The position numbers and the translations under genes are program-made. Source: Octopus vulgaris (lineage: Eukaryota). From it: DNA of 64,000 bases. The stretch covers positions 31,434,001 to 31,498,000 of the forward strand of contig OX597825.1 of assembly GCA_951406725.2 (NCBI GenBank), written 5' to 3'. Shown here in pieces: positions 12,915 to 26,060 of this stretch; within the stretch, counting starts at the first letter, position 1, and each line of letters begins with the position of its first letter. Under the pieces are notes generated by a model. That model did not search any database. It saw nothing but the letters and a program-made list of their open reading frames with translations, and was not told the DNA's origin.

Positions 12915-13379
12915 GTGTATATATATGCAAGGGTGTGTATACGTGCGTAATATTTTTTACTTTAAAATAGTTATTTTGTGTTTTTGTATGCCTGCATATA
13001 TCTATGTGTGTCTGTGTGTCTGTTCGTGTGTATGTATGTGCATATACATCGAGTTAGTGTGTGAGAGAGAGAGAGATGAAGATGTGTTTATCTCTTTTTC
13101 TCCTGCCTCACGCTCACTTCTCATCCTTTTATTCTTTCCCTTGTGTATATGTCAAGTGTCTATAGTACTTTCATATATGTATATGCAGATGTATATGTGT
13201 GTATGTGTGTGCGTATATATGTAGCCATGTATGTGTACATATTATATAAATGAACATATATAAATTTTGGTATAGTATATTCATTTACATACACTTAAGA
13301 ATATATATATATATATGTATTCATATATTTAGATATATGTATGTAATTACACATGTCTATATGTCTATCTTTTAGTCTG

Positions 13380-13417
<38 letters not shown>

Positions 13418-13631
13418 ATGCACACTCATATATATATATATATATATGCATGTATGTATATATATATATATATGTATATATAAACACATGCATGTATTAT
13501 ATAGATGTGTGTATGCTCATATATGTATATATATATATGCATGTCTCTTCTATTTTTTAACTATTATAATTCTTCCACTAAAGAGGGAGCCAATTTATGT
13601 ATGTGTGCGTGTATGTATGTATGCATTCATT

Positions 13632-13672
<41 letters not shown>

Positions 13673-14228
13673 TCTGTATGTCTATCTATTTGCGTAAGCT
13701 AAACTTTTAACAAACAGATACCTAACTTTAATTCTGCGTAATCTCATGGTTATGTACCGCACATAGATTATACCAAGTCTATATACATACATCATGTGTG
13801 TGTGTGTGTGTGTGTGTGCATGCATGCATGCAACCATTGTAGGTCACATATTTTGTGTCTAGGTATCTCCAAATTTGCATGGGAACACAGCTTTTCAAAG
13901 AGACAACTAAACTCTTTTCTTCCTGATGGCTTCTCTAAACCCGGGCAACGCCGCATACTGTTGCTGATGTTGTGTGTGATGTTTGTAGGTGGGGGCATTA
14001 CTTTTCTAATTATTTGAATTCTTACCCCAAAAATATGAGACGCACCACAATTTCTGCAGATGAAAAAAAAAATAAATGAGTTTTGCCTTAAAGCATGTAA
14101 TTTAGGCCTAGCTTCCTATATAGATAGGACCTGGGGTCATTAGTTAAACGCTTTTTTTTTCTTCGGAAAAAAGTGCGTCTTATATGTACGCCATCAAATA
14201 TGGTAACTGATTTCTAACAAAGAAACAA

Positions 14229-14307
<79 letters not shown>

Positions 14308-14399
14308 GAATCCATATGGCAGTAACAGCAAAGTATTACATGATAAACTTTAAATAAGCGATACGCACTTTAACTATTCCGTTTTCACAAATTTTATTT

Positions 14400-14600
14400 G
14401 CAATCTGCCAATGCGCGCGTTAGCTGGTCATTCCTTTTCTTCGTTTTTTTTTTTGTTGTTGTTTTTGTGGTTGTCGCTTTGTCTCTATTTTTGTTTTCGT
14501 TTTCCTTTCTTTTTTTCTTTTTATTTTTCTTTGTTTGTATGCGCGTGCGCATGCGCGATTTAGTTTTTAAACATTTTATAACAAAATCACGTGTAACGAT
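14400..14600. promoter_or_regulatory. Candidate promoter/enhancer (CCAAT, NRF1/Ewg palindrome, E-box)
   Basis: CCAAT 14408-14412, TGCGCATGCGCG 14546-14557 and CACGTG 14588-14593, with local CpG enrichment in otherwise CpG-poor DNA. Confidence 0.35.
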
Positions 14601-15399
14601 AATCACATCTACAAATATAGATTTAAAACCTGCACAGAGAAGATATAAGTCCAGAACTGTTGTCCATAAATATTCACTTTCTGTCTGTTTGATTGTCTGT
14701 CTGTCTGTCTGTATGTATGTATGTATGTATGTATGTATGTATGTATGTATGTATGTATGTATGTATGTATGTATGTATGTATGTGTATGTATGTATGTAT
14801 GTATGTATGTATGTATGTATGTGTGTATGTATGTATGTATGTGTGTATGTATGCATGTATGTATGTGTGTATGTATGCATGTATGTATGTATGTGTGTAT
14901 GTATGTATGTATGTATGTATGTATGTATCTATGTATCGATGGATGGAGGGATGGATGAATGGGTGTACATGTAAGGAAGTTTGTATATATTTATGTAATT
15001 ATATATAATGAATGTATTTTTAAGTGTACGTATGTCTGTATGGATGGATGTATGAATATTTAGGTTTTTTTCTTTGAGTTTTATTTGAATTCCACTTAAG
15101 AGGGTTTAAGCCGGCCGCCAACAAAGAGATGGGTCATTTTGAGTTAAGAGTGTTCCCCATATTTGTAAACATGTGGTTGAGTTGGTGTGGTGGTTGAACT
15201 GTCAATGCTCACACCCAAGCGCGTGCATCCATTTATCTAAAGAAACTCAGACGGGGAATCTTTGGAATATCTTACAAATCTTCAGTTGGCCGCTAACAGA
15301 TTGGATTTGGAAAATGCACGTCAGTTTCTTTTGCACCCCTTTTTTTTTTACTCTTTTCGAAAAACCTAGCATTCTTATGTTTTTTTGTCTTTTTTTGCA

Positions 15400-15815
15400 A
15401 ATATGTAAATATATAGGCTAATGCACGTATGGTGAAATGTATAAATGAGAGTTTGTAGTCTGGGTACAAGAGTTATAAGTTCCGCATAAGTTCACCACAA
15501 ATGTTCTCTTTATCCTGGACTTTTGCTTGTACATTGACATCCACTGGACTGCTGATCTCTACAACAGCGCATGTCCTCTCACCCCTGTCCAACAGAGCAA
15601 TATCACCCCTGTAATATTTGCACCAAGTGGCTTTTTTATTGGAGTGCTCCACAGGTATTTCTTGTTTTTAAATGTGTGAATATAGTTCTGATATGCCTGT
15701 AATGTATGCGTCAGAACAGCCCTTCCTGCAGATAGGTTTGTAAATAGCCTTTGCAACTATATCGTGTCTCAGGGGCAGATATCAGTTGCTAATGACGTGG
15801 CTGACATCTTCCAAA
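15400..15815 (-). pseudogene. RLE-type non-LTR retrotransposon C-terminal fragment (R4/NeSL/CRE-like)
   Basis: Minus strand gives EDVSHVISN…YLPLRHDIVAKAIY…DIALLDRGERTCAVVEISSPVDVNVQAKVQDKENICGELMRNL (RHD motif plus PD-(D/E)xK-like endonuclease). Confidence 0.7.
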
Positions 15816-15999
15816 CTAATATAGTAGAGTCGACTATTTCTGTAACAAAGTGAAAGTTTGGTGATATCTTTATCTCTCTTGTTTATCAGGTATTTAGTTG
15901 TTATCTCATGCATGTAGTTTGTATGCAATTATGTATGTGTGTGCGTGAGTGTGTTTGCGTGTGTGACTGTGTGTATTAATGTGTGTGTGTGTGTGTGTG

Positions 16000-16030
<31 letters not shown>

Positions 16031-16152
16031 TTCCCTCTACTCACAGATACATATATATATCCACCAATGATTTCGGGGGAAAACTTGTGTACGTATCTTT
16101 TGATATTAATTTCTACATCCACACACAAAAATGCGTTTGTCTCGATTACCTT

Positions 16153-16350
16153 TTTATTTGTTTCAATCGTTGGACTGCGGCCATGCTGAGGCACCAACTT
16201 GAAGGATTTTGACCGAGCAGTTCGACTCCAGTAATTATTTTTTAAGTTTGACACTTAATCTATCCGTTGCGTTTGCTGAACCTCTAACTTACGAGGAAGT
16301 AAACAAACCACCACGGGTTGTCAATCGTCGGTGGCGGAGGACAACCACAG

Positions 16351-16407
<57 letters not shown>

Positions 16408-16562
16408 CGAAGGGCTTCCACTTAGTTTCCGTCTTTCAAATTCACTTATAAAGCATTAGTCGGACTGAGTCTGTAATAGAAGACACTTTTTCCAATATGC
16501 CGCGCAATGGGATGGAACCCGGAACCACGTGGCTGTAAAGCGATCTTCTTAACGACGCAGTC
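16153..16562 (-). mobile_element. SINE family A, diverged, internal (TG)n
   Basis: Reverse complement aligns with the 10175 copy. Confidence 0.75.
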
Positions 16563-17734
16563 ACACTTGGGAGTATCTTACATATTTCTTTACATTTGAT
16601 TAAGCCGATTGTATTTGTTATTTCACAATTAATCGACTCTCCTCATTACCGAGCTGTTTAATTTCATAATCAACATACTCTTTCCAAATGCACTAAAACC
16701 ATATTTATTAATTGAAGTTGTAAACCTAGAGGAAGAAACTCCAGAGTCCCCATTCATTCCGTCTGAACTATCCTAGCAGCGCAGGCCTTTCGAGACCGAG
16801 CCTTAACTCAGTACTGACTTCCTTCCTTATTGGAGTTTTCCTCTTCAGTTATTTCTGAAATAATGCTAATGTTCACTAAACAACTAACTTTCAAAAAGAC
16901 GCAGATTTTCCATTATTTTGTCCCAGATAACTATAGCCGATCTTTGGTATTTGCATTTTGCTGATTTCTCAAAACCGTTTTCTATTTCTATAATTATTTT
17001 TCTTTCAATATTTTGAATATACTTGCATTTCAGATTTCTGTGACTTTCCCTACAGGGACAATTTTTCCGTTTGAATTTATAACAGCTCTCGTCGGGTGTC
17101 GGGTTTCTTATTGAAACCCGGCTATTTTCCCATCGAATTGCATTGTATTCTTGTTGTTGTGGCTTGTTTCTCCCCAGGTTCTCTCCCACTCATCAGATCT
17201 ATGACCAAATGCCTTCTACTCGGTATTTCGGGCTCTTTGTACATCTAGGAGTTGTCTTTAATACATTTTCTGTTTCCATTTTTGAAGACGTCTTGATATA
17301 ATTTGAGAGAGATTTAGATGTTATTTTTGTCAAGTGAAACTACCTCGTGCCAGGCTCCTTTACTTACTTGCACCATAACGTGATCTTTTATCTGCTACAT
17401 CAGTAGTTCCTAATATTGGATCCGTGAGCTGCTTTCAAAATATTAAGAGACTGCAGTGTAAAATGAAAAACTACTGAATTAGGTGTAATTATTTAGTTAC
17501 ATACATCTTTCAAATGAAGGATGAAACTGGAGAAAAAATGTTCGTTGTCAGTTAATAAACTCAACTTATTGTGAAGGAAGCACTTTTCAAATCTTGGGGT
17601 TTGTGAGAAAATTCATAAAAATAAAGTGGGTTTTGTTAGGGAAAATTTCGTAACCATTGTACTACTTCATGTCCTTACAGAGTTTGGACTATGCTAAACA
17701 TTTCAGGACGGCTGCTAATGATGTATATTATATA

Positions 17735-18350
17735 TTTCTTTACTGCCCACTGGGGGCTAAAGATAGAGGGGACAAACAAGGACAGACAAACAAGGACAGA
17801 CAAACGGATTAAGTCGATTATATCGACTCCAGTGCGTAACTGGTACTTATTTAATCGACCCCGAAAGGATGAAAGGCAAAGTCGACCTCGGCGGAATTTG
17901 AACTCAGAACGTAGCGGCAGACGAAATACTGCTAAGCATTTCGCCCGGCGTGCTAACGATTCTGCCAGCTCGCCGCCATTTTTTTTCTTTTTGGAGCAAC
18001 GTGAAATAAATAATTTTGCTCAAGAGCACAACGCTTCGCTCGGTCCAGGAATCGAAATCGCAATCTTACGATCATGATGCTGACACCCTAACCACTAAGC
18101 CACGCGCCTCCACAAATACCTTTTCTTTACTACCCACAAGGGGCTAAACACAGAGGGGACAAACAAGGACAGACATAGGTATTAAGTCGATTACATCGAC
18201 CCCATTGCGTAACTGGTACTTAATTTATCGACCCCGAAAGGATGAAAGGCAAAGTCCACCTCGGCGGAATTTGAACTCAGAATGTAGCGACAGACGAAAT
18301 ACTGCTAAGCATTTCGCCCGGCGCGCTAACGTTTCTGCCAGTTCGCCGCC
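17735..18350 (-). mobile_element. SINE cluster: family C (17735-17977), family B head (17990-18113), family C (18122-18350)
   Basis: Family C reads ggcggcgagctggcagaa…gagttcaaattcc (A/B boxes) plus gcctttcatcctttcggggtcgataaa on the minus strand. Confidence 0.85.
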
Positions 18351-18902
18351 TAATGATGTATTTTATATCGTCAACATCAGTTCACATCGTCATCGATTGA
18401 TTACAATAACTAAGTGCAGACCTGCTTGCTTCTCTATATTTCATTTATGGATTTGGTCTTTCATTTTATTGATTTACTTATTTTATATATTTATTTGTTT
18501 CGCAAACTGGGTACTTTGTTGCTCTTTTCTGTTTCACAAATTTTCCAGCAACAAATTTAAACATAATGGTGACTGGCTCGAAATAGACATGCTCCGGGAT
18601 ATCTATGTTACAGTTTCGGTGCAGAATTCTAACCATACAACTGCGAGGCTTTCTGCCGATAAAGAGAAACACTTCCCCATAAAGTTTCCGTTCGACTAAA
18701 ACTGCCTAGCTTTCCTGACTGGGTAGACTTAGTTTCGTATTTGTAGAGCATATTTTCAAATTTCTTCCCAGTGCAGTGACAGCCAGTCTCCAACACCAAA
18801 ACGAGATTCTTTCATTGCAATTGAGACGTCAGCTTAGATTACAGCTATTCAACTTAGGCCGAGGTTTAGATTAACCTCGGCTCAGTTTTATCACAAACAT
18901 TT

Positions 18903-19005
<103 letters not shown>

Positions 19006-19057
19006 ATGTATGTAATAAACACACACATATACATATATTTATATGTGCATATTCATA

Positions 19058-20810
19058 TCTATTATATAGAAGTCAATGTTTTTATGTGTATTCGTGTGTT
19101 ACTTATACATTCGAAAACTACTGCACCGATCCTAATGAAATTTGGAACGCAAAATCAAAGCCTAGGGTGTAAGGTAATGCTATACGTTTCATACAATATT
19201 ATAGACCAAAATTAATGAATGGATTCTTATGATATTTGGAACTTAGAATCAATGCATAATGGCGGGTATAATACAGTATGTTTGGTTTCAATTTGGGGTG
19301 GATTAAAGGAGGAAGAAGCCCTCATGAAAATTCATAAATTTCCGATGTTTATGAAATTTCAACCATAGGTAACTGACACACATCAAGAAGTATTCCCAAA
19401 GTTTCCGCTTCTCTTCAGGATTCTAAGACCCCCACTAATGGGGGCCTTAACTCCCAAATTTTAGTCATTTTTTTATGATCGAAAACTAGCTCAAAAGTAC
19501 TGAAAGGATCTCTATGAAATTTGGAAATTATATTCTATGCATAAGGACAGATGTAATGCAGTATATCTTTGAAAGTGAGGGGTCATAAATGAGGCCACAA
19601 CCCCCATGAAAATTCATATATTTTTGCTGTTGATAAAATTTTAGCCAGAGATATTAGACACAAATGAAGTAATATTTCTAAGGTTTCAACTTCTTAGAAG
19701 TTAGTACGACTCCTTAATGGGGCTTAACACCCACAATTTAGTCATTTTTCCTAAGCCAAGACGAATACAACTGTACTCTTGGAAGCTGTAGGGTCACCCG
19801 AGCATAAAAGATGAGCGTTATTTGTTATTCAGTGGTACAACAGTGTAAACCTTTTCTTTGAGATATACCTAGATTGTAATTTCTGCAATGTGGCACATAA
19901 ATTGTCAAGTAGAGAAGAGGCATCTTTACCTCCACTGATTCAGTTGCAAAGTGTTGAGTAAAGTTATTTGGTTGCAGACCTCCTTTGAGTTTTCTTATTA
20001 TCACTGGGTCATAGATAGTCCCAAGATGGTAGCATTGATCTCAAGGCCCTCCTATATAAGTGACTGGTTATTCAAAGACATTTATAGATAGCAAATTTAT
20101 TCTGTCCAGTTACCTATCGACATAGTGATCATTGGCAAACTCCAGAGGTGACACATTCATTTCCCCTTAGCCCTCATGTCACATAGTTGTTAATGTTGTT
20201 TTGAGTTGGGTCGCGCCCTTCCAATTGCTATAGATCCGTAATGCATCTTACGGCTGCGACCATCACCTGTATGGTGAGGAATCCTACAGTGGGGGGGGGG
20301 GTAACGACTAGGGTACTGTAGCTGACTGCTTATTGTGATCATTCGTCTTTTGGTTTCCTGTAGCTTTGCTCTCTTTTACAAACCCAGTGAACAGACATAT
20401 ATTTCCGATTTCAAAGAAATTTGAACAATAGATATAAGACCCAAGTTAAAAAGATTCTCCACAATTCAACTTCTCCGGTTGACTTTAAGACACCTACCCC
20501 CAATAGGGGCCTTAACTCCCACATCTTAGAGCTCCATAAGCTCCATTTTTCAGGAGCAAAAACCTTTGAACAGGTTCCATAAGATTTGACTTTTGGAATC
20601 TGGGCATAAAGTTGAGTAGTATGGGATAAATGTGTCATGATTAGAATTTTTGTTAGGGTATGTAAAGAGGGAAAAAGCCATCATGAAAATTCTTCATCTG
20701 CAGTTTTGATGAAATTCGAATCATAGGTATTCCAGTTCATTAGAGAAAATATAAAAGAAAAGTCTAATTCTTCAATTCCATGTGGCACGAGCAACGCCGG
20801 GCATCTCTAT
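19058..20810 (+). mobile_element. Non-autonomous Helitron with ~285-bp internal subrepeats and an unrelated insert
   Basis: A|TCtattatata 5' end. The 3' hairpin cacgagcaacgccggg is nearly identical to the Helitron at 4149 and is followed by a degenerate CTAT. Subrepeats at 19221 and 19506, partial at ~20440. Confidence 0.6.
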
Positions 20811-20889
20811 TTCCGTTTGTTGTGTTTTTATTTAATCCTGAAAATATTATTTATGTAACGCACGCACTCCTTCATTTTTACCTCTGTGT

Positions 20890-20946
<57 letters not shown>

Positions 20947-21086
20947 ACGTGTGTGTGTGTGTGTGACATTTTAAGCAAACTATCACTCAATATCTTAGAT
21001 ATCATATGTATATATATATATATACGTATGTATGTATGTATGTATGTATGTATGTATGTATGTATGTATGTATGTATATATATATT

Positions 21087-21211
21087 GTACCAGTAGAAGG
21101 ATATATTTTTCAACGTGTAAGTACTGATAGGACAGCTTATATAGGATTTTATCCTATATATGCTGTTCTATCAGTACTTACGCGTTGAAAAATGTATCTT
21201 TCTACTTGTAC
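21087..21211. repeat. 125-bp palindrome (61-bp arms, 3-nt loop)
   Basis: 21087-21147 versus the reverse complement of 21151-21211: about 6 mismatches. Confidence 0.9.
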
Positions 21212-21276
21212 TACAATACATTTCAGCATTTGAAAAGGAAACATGTTTGTTTATATTTGACGTTATTTATATACAT

Positions 21277-21367
<91 letters not shown>

Positions 21368-21879
21368 GTCATAATTATATGTTAAGTTTTTACTTCACCA
21401 TACGTATTATATTTTAACATTAAAAAAGGCTGACAGTGTTCTCGAAGTTTCGACTGTGTCGCTTTTGAGAAATCGAGTCACTGTAAAGATATCATATATA
21501 TTTGCACCCACTCCCACATACCCCACCTTTATCCCCACTTTCCGCTTACCCACACCCCACCTCTACTCCACCCTCAACCTAACCCACACACCACTCTTGC
21601 TTTCCCCATTCCCACCTCCTCCACCTACCAACACCATCACACTACATCACACACCACTACACCTTACACCACCATACCACACAACATATCACATCACAAC
21701 ACACCACCACGCACACATCAGTACTGACCACTTCCCAGACCCACATTTTCACACTTACACATACACACACGCACACGTCAAGATCACCGGCCCTCTTCCA
21801 CGTGCACATACAAACACTCTTATACACACGCACGCCCACCTTCGTTTTGGGATCACCACTACTTTATTATCGCCCCTTC

Positions 21880-22098
21880 TCCATAGCTCTCCTGTGTGAC
21901 CCTTCTGTCCGGCCTTCGCCATGATAGATCGCTAGTCACTACACATTCTTTATGTTCTCTCCTTGTTTCTTTCTGTGTTCTTTTCTGTGGAAGAGCGTAG
22001 GCTCGAAACGTTAAAGACTTTTTCACTTCCCGAGCGTTATACTAATACATCTGTTTGTTGTGTACACCACCTGTCTTCGTCTTTTGTTTTTTGTGAAT
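21880..22098 (+). mobile_element. PLE-type terminal module containing a hammerhead-like motif (21981-22016)
   Basis: UUUU-CUGUGGA-A-GAGC-GUAG-GCUC-GAAAC-GUU-AAAG; second copy at 3911-4027. Confidence 0.6.
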
Positions 22099-22099
22099 T

Positions 22100-22296
22100 A
22101 AGGCGAGCTGCCAGAAACGTTAGCACGCCGGGCGAAATGCGTAGCCGTATTTCGTCTGCCGTTACGTTCTGAGTTCAAATTCCGCTGAGGTCGACTTTGC
22201 CTTTCATCCTTTCGGGGTCGATAAATTAAGTACCAGTTACGCTCTGGGGTTTGTCTGTCCTTGTTTGTCCCCTCTGTGTTTAGCCCCTTGTGGGTA

Positions 22297-22298
<2 letters not shown>
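22100..22298 (+). mobile_element. SINE family C
   Basis: Matches the other family C copies; internal deletion. Confidence 0.85.
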
Positions 22299-22330
<32 letters not shown>

Positions 22331-22635
22331 ACTGGCATTCCGTCGCTTACGACGATGCGTGTTTCGGTTGATCCGATCAACGGAATAGCCAACTCGTGAA
22401 ATTAACGTACATATGGATGAGCACTGCACAGAATCGCATACCGTTGAAGCAGTCTTCGGGGAGATTCAGCGTCACACAGAATGGTACAACGCTGTCCCTT
22501 TGAATTACTGGCACAACTCAGTTTTACCAACTGATTGAACTGAAGCCACCTAAATTAAATTGTCTTAATCAAGGACACAGCGAACTCATGATCTTACGAT
22601 CGTGAACCGAATACGTTAAACACTAAGCGACGTCT
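22331..22635 (-). mobile_element. SINE family B, diverged (tail type shared with the 61592 copy)
   Basis: Reverse complement matches gttccgttgatcggatcaaccgga…cgtcgtaa of 61915-61965. Confidence 0.7.
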
Positions 22636-22638
22636 TTT

Positions 22639-22985
22639 CACACACACACACATACACACACACACGCACAAACACGCACACACACATATTCACATACACA
22701 CACACACACACACACAAACACGCACACACACATATTCACATACACACACACACAAACACGCACACACACATAATCACATACACACACATACACGCACACA
22801 CACATATTCACATACACACACAAACACGCACACACACATATTCACACACACACACACACACAAGACGCACACACACATATTCACATACACACACACACAC
22901 AAACACGCACACACACATATTCACACACACACACACACACACAACACGCACACACACATATTCACATACACACACACACATACAC
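22639..22985. repeat. Compound minisatellite built from (CA)n units (~38-46 bp)
   Basis: Recurring unit (ca)n-tattcacata-(ca)n-aaacacg, about 7-8 copies. Confidence 0.8.
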
Positions 22986-23026
22986 TTAAATGTGTGCGTG
23001 TGTATATCTATATATCTATATATCTA

Positions 23027-23339
23027 TATATCACCGTGATCACCGTGACCAACCAGGCTATCAGATGTTGCTACGCATCGTTGGTCACAATGCACTTCGC
23101 ATTGTTTTAGCCTTCGAATGACGCCACCCCGCTGGCTAAGTGAGCAGGCCAACAGAAGAAAGAGTGAGAGAAAGTTGTGGCGAAAGAGTATAGCAGGGAT
23201 CGCCACAACCCCCTGCCGGAGCTGCGTGGAGCTTTAGGTGTTTTCGCTCAATAAACGCTCACAACGCCCGGTCTGGGAATCGAAACTGCGATCGTACAAC
23301 CGCGAGTTCGCTGTCCTAACCACTGGGCCATTGCGCCTC

Positions 23340-23343
<4 letters not shown>
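23027..23343 (-). mobile_element. SINE family B (tRNA head, distinct 3' tail)
   Basis: Reverse complement gtggaggcgcaatggcccagtggttagg…ttcgattccc; shares its central domain with the 61592 copy. Confidence 0.85.
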
Positions 23344-23418
<75 letters not shown>

Positions 23419-23486
23419 GTATATACGGGTGTGTGTAAGTGTGTGTGTGTGTGCGCGTATGCATACACATGCACACACTCACACTC

Positions 23487-23525
<39 letters not shown>

Positions 23526-23856
23526 TACGCACATGTACATAACTTTAGAAACTGTATCGCAGTTAGCGCAATACAAGTTATGTCTGAGAGCGGCGTAGAT
23601 TCTTCAAAATATTTAAATCTTCAGAAAATTCATACAAACCATCCGAGAGAGTTAAAAAGGCATATTACTGTATACGTTTACTTTATGTTCAAGTCTGGTC
23701 CCATACAACAATGAGAAAGTAAAAACTGTTTCTTCTTTCTTCTTTAAATCTTAAAGATCATTTTTTTTTCTTGTAAGTGCGTGGAGTTCTTCCGTAATTT
23801 TATTTTTACTTTACAGTGCACCATGACGTCACTGAGAAATATTACGTTTGAATATA

Positions 23857-24007
<151 letters not shown>

Positions 24008-24074
24008 ACTTAATTAACTTAGATAACTTAGATTTGTTTTGGCCATTATCGGCCCAGCCATGACTAAGTCAGTA

Positions 24075-25270
24075 GCACCACCTAGAAAAGTCTTTTAGTC
24101 AATTATTTCGAGACACCATGGACTACTCAACCAGAGAGTTGTTGTTAGTTGAAACGAATCCAGGTGTAGGTGTTTTATCCGGTATTTCCTGGAAAAATTT
24201 GTCCAGGTACCGTTTGAAAGTTGTGCGGGGTTTTTTTTTCTAATTAAATATCTATCGGGATAACATTAAAAAGATAAGGACCATTTGCAGTGAAGCAATT
24301 GTGTCGCAGTGTTCTTATATGATGTGATCTCGACGTTTGTACGGGAAGCATTGCACGGGGGCCAAGTCTTGAGTGAATTGTAAGCATAATACCGATATCA
24401 TTTGGATAATATTGGGGGAAAATATCCCCCATGGTGTAAATAATGTATCGCTCACCGATGCGTTGTAGAGAATAGAGTTTCACCTGTTTAAGTCGAGCCC
24501 AATAATCAAGTCTCATCATGCCATTTATTTTTTTAGTGACTGATCTTTATTTCTTGTTTTATGTAGGGGGACCACAATGGGCATCAGTATTCGAGGTGGA
24601 GCCTAGCGAATGTGGGGAAGAGGAGGATGATGGTTTCATGATCCCTAGATTGAAAAGTTCTGAGGATCCATGAGCACATTCTGCGGGCAACATCGACTTT
24701 CTTGTTGATGTGCACACTTCAGCTAAGGTTGCTGTCGACAGTTGCACCTAAGTCTCTGATATTATCGACGGTTCAAGTAGGTCTCCCGACGGTAGTGTAT
24801 ATGGTTCTTTGAGTGTGCCCTCTTTTCCAAAGTGGATGAGCTCAAATTTTTCTTCGTTCAACTGCATATTGTTGTTTTTTTTTTTTAGTCACTGGGTTAC
24901 TGCACATAGGTCTAATTGAAGTATCGTTCGATCATATGCTCCCTTAATGAATTTCTGGAACTTAGAGTCATCTACAAATATTTTAATGGTGCTATGTTCA
25001 ATGGAATCTGCAATGTCATTGATATAGACTGTAAAAAGAAGTAGACCTAGTACAGTACCTTGCGGGACACCGCTGATGACTTTTGCTGGTCTTGAGTGGA
25101 TACCATCAACCACAATATGCTGGGTCCTGTTTGTTAGGAAATACCTAATCCATTGAAATAGCTTTCCGCTGACTCCAGCGTTGGATAGTTTCCTTAACAG
25201 TATATTGTGCTTCGACTCTGTCAAAGGCTTTGCTGAAATCAAGGTATATGACATCCGCGTATCCACCCCC
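24075..25270 (-). pseudogene. CR1/L2-group LINE 3' fragment (reverse transcriptase)
   Basis: WIRYFLTNRTQHIVVDG…SGVPQGTVLGLLLFTVYINDI…IKIFVDDSK; C-terminal DYWARLKQVKLYSLQR…ERY; FKRYLDKFFQEIPD before the stop. Frameshifted. Confidence 0.85.
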
Positions 25271-25574
25271 AGTACATTTCAGATATCATCTGATGTTTTT
25301 TTAATTCTTAAATATATCTCCTTCTGTGTATACATATACTACCAAACAAATGTGATTTTTATTGAACACATAATACTTTTTGTAGTCCCGTTCTGAATAC
25401 TTTCTTAAATGCTTTCTTGTAAACTGTTTTTAACATTTTCTTATTATTATCAAAGAATGTATAGCTGTATTTTAATACTTTTGTGATAACCAGTACTTAA
25501 CAAAACAAAACTCATACAAAGCCTTACATTTTACTTTTGACAATCTTTTTCTAAAAAAGTGAAACCGGTCTAGT

Positions 25575-25683
<109 letters not shown>

Positions 25684-25711
25684 AGAGTTTACAATATATA
25701 TATATACATAT

Positions 25712-25782
25712 CAATAATTCTATGATGGAATTTATAAATATCTAATTATTAAATATTTATGAATTCCATCTTAGAATTATTG
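25712..25782. repeat. 71-bp AT-rich palindrome
   Basis: caataattctatgatggaatttataaatat pairs with atatttatgaattccatcttagaattattg, with about 2 mismatches. Confidence 0.85.
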
Positions 25783-25961
25783 TAATCATTATATTTATCC
25801 TACATTATATCATTATAACCATGAAGCAACCCCCAAAAACTGGCTCACTAGTCGGGATCATTAGACGGTAGCCGGCTAATGAAATAAGAGCTTTATTTGC
25901 CTACTCTTAACGTTACCTTAAACGAAATTAAAAGATATATATACACACATGTATCTGCATA

Positions 25962-26060
<99 letters not shown>

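Noticed and set aside
16884-17189. 101-aa ORF
   Set aside because: No recognisable motif; possibly a decayed TE, cannot be assigned.
17160-17200. Minus-strand CUGAUGA…GAAAC
   Set aside because: Helix II cannot pair and there is no NUH/helix III; chance match.
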